Below are positions 28,674-32,000 of a stretch of DNA of 32,000 nt, piece after piece (the stretch's first letter is position 1; each line of letters opens with the position of its first letter). Made by a program: the position numbers and the translations under genes. Where the stretch lies: NCBI RefSeq assembly GCF_014280175.1, contig NZ_CP047931.1, positions 60,001-92,000 on the forward strand, given 5' to 3'. Below the pieces are notes generated by a model. It ran no database searches. It was not told the DNA's origin and saw only the letters and a program-made list of their open reading frames with translations. This DNA comes from Synechococcus sp. A15-28. GTDB taxonomy: Bacteria > Cyanobacteriota > Cyanobacteriia > PCC-6307 > Cyanobiaceae.

Positions 28674-30089
28674 TCAAGCCTGGTTAATCTCGATTGTGAA
28701 GGAAGAACCTGCTCCCGCGTTAGTACTCAGACCAGTGATGGTTCCACCAATAGTGTTGGAGAACTTGGTAACGATGTCGTCGTTAGTACCACCCTGAACG
28801 AAGAGGTACACAGAGCTAGCATCGCTGCCAGTGAAGACGGCGTACTGTCCTTCGGTTGACAGCAATGCATCAACCTTAGAGATGCGATCAGAAACTGCGC
28901 TTACGCTGCTGAATGTAGCAACACCCGAGGCGATAGTTGCAGAGTTGAGGCTTGGAACACCAGCGGTTTCGGCAGAGCCAAGACCAACCATTGCGATGTT
29001 GAAGGTAACACCACCGGTTGCTCCAGTAACGTCAGTGTTGGAGAACGTGACGATGTCCATGCCATCGGCCGTTGAATCGCTGAAGTCAGCGAAGCCAATG
29101 GTTTGACCCATTGTAAAGCCGGTATCAGCCAGGTCAGAACTGAAGGTGATGCTGTCAGCACCAAGACCACCAATAACAGTACCGAAGGCACCACCAGTGG
29201 TTGCATCAATGTTGAGAGAATCAGCTCCACCACCGAGGTTGACCCGGGTGCCGGTGAATGCACCAGCAACAACGACAGAACCGGTCATGACAATTGTGTC
29301 TTGACCAGCACCACCGCCGATGGTGACGTTGGTGTCAGCGGAGAATTGGTCGTCGATAACGATGCTGTCGTTACCGGCATTGCCTTGGATCAAGGAAGAA
29401 GCAACAAGCTGACTTCCGTTCTCAATGGTGATGATGTCATTACCACCCAGGCCCTTGATGACAGCAGAACCAGCTGTGATTTTCAGACTGAGTGTGTCGT
29501 TGCCGTCGACAGTGTTATTGGTGTCATCCAACAGGATCTGCAGACTGTTCGCGTTGGCAACGCCAGAAATGGTAACGCTGTCGTTGCCGCCGCCGCCAAC
29601 GATCAGGGCAGACACCAAGTGAGCGTCGTTGTCAAACGTCATGGTGTCGTTACCGGCACCAAGAGCGATCTTTGAGGCAGAACCGGAAATGACAGCGCTA
29701 GCAATAATGCTGTCAGCTCCAGCACCACCAGCGAGAGTTCCTGCAATGACACCAGCTGAAAATGTGACGGTGTCGCTGCCGTCGCCTAATTTTGTAACAC
29801 CATCAAAGTGGGAATTGTGGCTGACGATTTTGTCGCCACCAGCACCTGCAATGATTGTAGCGTCATCGAAGTCAGCTGCACTAGCGGTGAAAACGTCGGC
29901 GCCACCAGCCAGATCAACGTAAAACGAGCTGGCGGAAGCTACAGGTCCGTCAACTACTTGAAGAGTGTCATTGCCGGCGAAGCCGTAAATTGTAGACGCG
30001 CTAACAGCTCCTGTATTTACCAGGAACAGCTCCGCGTCATCGGTCCCCGTAGCCACCTGGCCCGCGGAGTTGATCAGATAGTTAGCCAT
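28674..30089 (-). CDS. secreted/surface Ca-binding-repeat (RTX-like, GGxGxD motif) protein, 471 aa; putative T1SS substrate, SwmA/S-layer-like
   Basis: 13 motifs of the G-x-(G/A)-x-D-(T/S)-(I/L/V) type: GFAGNDTL, AGGADVF, GAGGDKI, GDGSDTV, GAGADSI, GAGNDTM, GGGNDSV, VDGNDTL, LGGNDII, NAGNDSI, GAGQDTI, GGGADSL, GLGADSI. The protein has no Cys or Trp and very few Lys or Arg, and is rich in G/A/S/T/D/V. There is no N-terminal signal-peptide-like segment, consistent with C-terminal-signal secretion. Confidence 0.8.
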   Translation of the reverse strand: MANYLINSAGQVATGTDDAELFLVNTGAVSASTIYGFAGNDTLQVVDGPVASASSFYVDLAGGADVFTASAADFDDATIIAGAGGDKIVSHNSHFDGVTKLGDGSDTVTFSAGVIAGTLAGGAGADSIIASAVISGSASKIALGAGNDTMTFDNDAHLVSALIVGGGGNDSVTISGVANANSLQILLDDTNNTVDGNDTLSLKITAGSAVIKGLGGNDIITIENGSQLVASSLIQGNAGNDSIVIDDQFSADTNVTIGGGAGQDTIVMTGSVVVAGAFTGTRVNLGGGADSLNIDATTGGAFGTVIGGLGADSITFSSDLADTGFTMGQTIGFADFSDSTADGMDIVTFSNTDVTGATGGVTFNIAMVGLGSAETAGVPSLNSATIASGVATFSSVSAVSDRISKVDALLSTEGQYAVFTGSDASSVYLFVQGGTNDDIVTKFSNTIGGTITGLSTNAGAGSSFTIEINQA

Positions 30090-30130
30090 GAGAAGAGGAG
30101 AGGGTGATCAATTTTTGAGACACCGCAGTG

Positions 30131-30159
30131 AATCTATGCGGGTGGCCTACACATGTCAA
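30131..30159 (-). promoter_or_regulatory. candidate sigma70-type promoter for the Ca-binding-repeat protein gene
   Basis: On the minus strand: TTGACA (30159-30154), a 17-nt spacer, then TAGATT (30136-31). This predicts a leader of ~35 nt to the ATG at 30089. The -10 hexamer contains the TAG stop of the upstream glycosyltransferase ORF. Confidence 0.45.
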
Positions 30160-31423
30160 CGGATATATGGCCAGATGCAGATGAGACACACCCTGGTTTG
30201 CTGGAAGGAGGGCAAAAAGGCTCGGATATAGTACAATTATACTTGTTATAAATGTTATTTACAAGTTTTTTCCATCTTTTCAGGCATGATTTAATTGAAT
30301 AGGTATCATTAGAGGGGCGTATTCGCTCACTATCTTTGTAACTTTCTTCTTTTATTAATTTGACGACAGAACTAGCTAATTCACCTGGTTTTCGGTGGTC
30401 GATTCTAACCACATTTTCAAAACTTCTTGTAAATTCTGTCACTGGCTTAACATCACTTACGATCATCGGATTATTAATATATAAACTTTCAACTAAACTC
30501 CAGCTCGCTACAAATGGATGCGTTAGGTAAATATGACACCATGAAGATCGCAACCAATTTCTATATGCATCTCCTTGCAAAAAACCAACCCAATTTACAT
30601 TGTTGCTAATATTATGTTTTTCTAGATACATTTCAGCCCAGTTTTTCCAGGTACCTTCTACCGGTTTCATACCTCCGTAGCTGCATCTATCATTACCTGC
30701 AATTTCAATAGTGACTGAAGGCACCTTTTTTACAATCTCGGGGATTTCCCTTATAAATTGCGGAAAACATCTCATCGGTTCCATGCCTCTTGTACCGTAA
30801 GTGATCTTTGGCGTTTCTGATATAAATTTTTGGTCGTTTTGAAAATAATCTGTGTCAACCCCGTCAAAAATGACTTGGCATTTTTCTGCAAAAATCTTCG
30901 GAAGTTGCTCCATCTGCCACAAGGTAGGAGCCACTATATTGTCTGCATGAGAAAGTTCTAGAGCTATATTTTTGTTTCTCAGCCAATATTTACGGACAGC
31001 ATCTTCGCCTATCCTTAATTCCTTATTGGTGTTATCATACCAAAAAAAATCTGACTCCTGATTAAACCACCATTCTAAATAACTTATTTGTTTGCATTTC
31101 GGCCATATTTCTTTGATGTGTAATCCGCAACCCCAAGCAGAATGAGAAATTACGATATCAGGGTAATAATTTTTTTCTTTTAATTTTACAAATGCGGTGC
31201 GATACATTTCACCCATCTTGTCTGCACGTTCAGTAAGTCCAAGACTTTGATTTTCCAAGGTCTCGTGGCTCAGGCTGCCTTTCAAACATATGCGATCGAC
31301 TCCCTTGAGTCTTCTTCCAAAGTGCGTCTGGCATAGAAATTTAATTTCATTCTTTTCTGCGAAGTATTTTGCGACATGTTTGAACTGACCTGGAAAATTT
31401 GGGTGAAGGAAAAGAATTTTCAT
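30134..31423 (-). CDS. GT-B fold glycosyltransferase (group 1 / GT4-like)
   Basis: N-terminus MKILFLHPNFPGQFKHVAKYF and C-terminal block HIYLTHPFVASWSLVESLYINNPMIVSDVKPVTEF match a widespread GT4-like family (E-x7-E-type region). The ATG at 31423 is preferred over the GTG at 31432. The last ~30 codons lie in a GC-richer segment. Confidence 0.75.
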   Translation of the reverse strand: MKILFLHPNFPGQFKHVAKYFAEKNEIKFLCQTHFGRRLKGVDRICLKGSLSHETLENQSLGLTERADKMGEMYRTAFVKLKEKNYYPDIVISHSAWGCGLHIKEIWPKCKQISYLEWWFNQESDFFWYDNTNKELRIGEDAVRKYWLRNKNIALELSHADNIVAPTLWQMEQLPKIFAEKCQVIFDGVDTDYFQNDQKFISETPKITYGTRGMEPMRCFPQFIREIPEIVKKVPSVTIEIAGNDRCSYGGMKPVEGTWKNWAEMYLEKHNISNNVNWVGFLQGDAYRNWLRSSWCHIYLTHPFVASWSLVESLYINNPMIVSDVKPVTEFTRSFENVVRIDHRKPGELASSVVKLIKEESYKDSERIRPSNDTYSIKSCLKRWKKLVNNIYNKYNCTISEPFCPPSSKPGCVSSASGHISVDMCRPPA

Positions 31424-31468
31424 TGACAACACTTTGTACTACAATGGTGTGATTGTTGATTGGTTCTA

Positions 31469-32000
31469 ATGGGACTCAAGTTAGCCCTCAAAGCACACAG
31501 CGAGGGAAATCTTAAGCTTGCAGAGATTCATTACAAGCGTGCTCTCGAACAAGGTGACAAATCGCATATTTTATATCAAAATTTTGGCGCTTTGTTGAGG
31601 AGTCAAGACAAATTAAAGGATGCTCTTCAATGCTATCGCACTGGCCTTCATCATTTTCCTGATAATGTTGACATATTGCTAAATTACGCAAATGCCTTAC
31701 GTGCAGACTTTCCTGCTTCCGCTCTTGAAAACTACTTAAGAATCCTTGGAATAATACTTTCAACTCCTAATTTTAATGAGAAAAAGTATTTAAATGCTCT
31801 TTGTAATATTTGTCAACTTACTCATGATTTAGGTCTTTACAAACTAAATGTTCTGTATCTACGGGCGGCCCTTCCTCCCGTTAAATATAATGCGGGAATA
31901 CTACTAAACATATTACTCCTTCTTGATAAGAATAACAGTTCACAGGATACAAGCTTTTGCTTTGAACAAATATATCAAAGGATACAATCTTCTCTGCTTT
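31469..32000 (+). CDS. TPR repeat protein, 5' part (continues beyond window)
   Basis: Not in the supplied track because no stop lies inside the window. My own translation from the ATG at 31469 is open to the edge. It shows TPR-like 34-aa units: MGLKLALKAHSEGNLKLAEIHYKRALEQGDKSHILYQNFGALLRSQDKLKDALQCYRTGLHHFPDNVDILLNYANALRAD.... It is divergent from the glycosyltransferase. Confidence 0.6.
   Translation, partial: MGLKLALKAHSEGNLKLAEIHYKRALEQGDKSHILYQNFGALLRSQDKLKDALQCYRTGLHHFPDNVDILLNYANALRADFPASALENYLRILGIILSTPNFNEKKYLNALCNICQLTHDLGLYKLNVLYLRAALPPVKYNAGILLNILLLLDKNNSSQDTSFCFEQIYQRIQSSLL

Larger units (their letters stand above)
28142..28695. repeat. tandem repeat, unit 172-174 bp, three full units plus a partial fourth that merges into the 3' end of the 28674-30089 CDS
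   Basis: Units are 28142-28313, 28314-28486 and 28487-28660, with a partial unit at 28661 to ~28695. The anchor string CTGATATTGATCAAGCCTGGTT recurs at 28144, 28316, 28489 and 28663. Units are near-identical except around the hairpin loop. Confidence 0.95.
23049..32000. other. AT-rich genomic island beginning at the 3' side of tRNA-Gly (right end beyond the window)
   Basis: Composition changes abruptly right after the tRNA. Hand-counted lines are about 33% GC here versus 60-75% in the core. Codon usage switches to A/T-ending codons. No integrase, transposase or direct repeat of the tRNA 3' end is seen inside the window. Confidence 0.65.

Noticed and set aside
28142-28695. Possibility that the regular repeat array is a CRISPR locus.
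   Set aside because: The whole 172-174-bp unit is repeated near-identically. There are no 25-40-bp repeats alternating with unique spacers, and no cas genes are in view.
29103-29675. 190-aa plus-strand ORF, and other plus-strand ORFs (28831-29106, 29425-29622, 29629-29922, 29808-30107), inside the repeat-protein gene.
   Set aside because: They are antisense to a strongly motif-bearing, codon-biased gene. Their open frames are a by-product of the repetitive GGT/GCT/GAC-rich sequence.
31512-31763. 83-aa minus-strand track ORF at the right edge.
   Set aside because: It lies antisense to a longer open frame (31469 to the window end) that shows TPR-like periodicity. Its own translation has no recognisable features.
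23049-32000. Search for mobility genes (integrase, transposase, IS inverted repeats) or a tRNA-derived direct repeat defining the island as a mobile element.
   Set aside because: None were found in the visible ~9 kb, so the region is reported only as a compositional island, not as a mobile_element.

Overview
The window looks like a marine picocyanobacterial (Synechococcus-type) chromosome. All family assignments are by-eye motif recognition; no searches were run.

**Core region (1 to ~22.9 kb).** It is GC-rich (hand-counted 60-nt lines ~60-75% GC) and tightly packed with recognisable core genes: clpX, clpP, tig, asd, dapA, RNase J, a conserved hypothetical, lysC, holA, cobH, tilS, a ycf23-like gene, a sulfotransferase, psbZ, ribH, mutS, a GNAT and uvrB. 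A small glycan-modification cluster follows (GT8, sulfotransferase, GT2). Many long track ORFs in this part are antisense artefacts.

**Island boundary.** A tRNA-Gly(GCC) lies at 22977-23048. Immediately after it the DNA drops to about one-third GC and mostly stays there to the window end. This looks like a genomic island, with no integrase in view.

**Island content (the most interesting part).**
- Three translationally coupled plus-strand genes: a HlyD-family membrane-fusion protein, a parvulin-like protein, and a 987-aa ABC exporter. The exporter has an N-terminal cNMP-binding-like domain and a C39-like domain that has lost its catalytic residues.
- Convergent to these, a GT-B glycosyltransferase followed by a 471-aa acidic, Cys-free protein. 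That protein has 13 dispersed GGxGxD-type Ca-binding motifs, distinctive codon usage and a near-consensus promoter.
- Between the two units, a 172-174-bp tandem repeat (3 full units plus a partial unit that is the 3' end of the repeat-protein gene). Each full unit carries a strong minus-strand intrinsic terminator, a 17-bp palindrome and a copy of the gene's last codons.
- A divergent TPR protein at the right edge.

**Interpretation.** I read this as a T1SS-like, possibly ligand-gated secretion and glycosylation cassette for an abundant surface protein (SwmA/S-layer-like).
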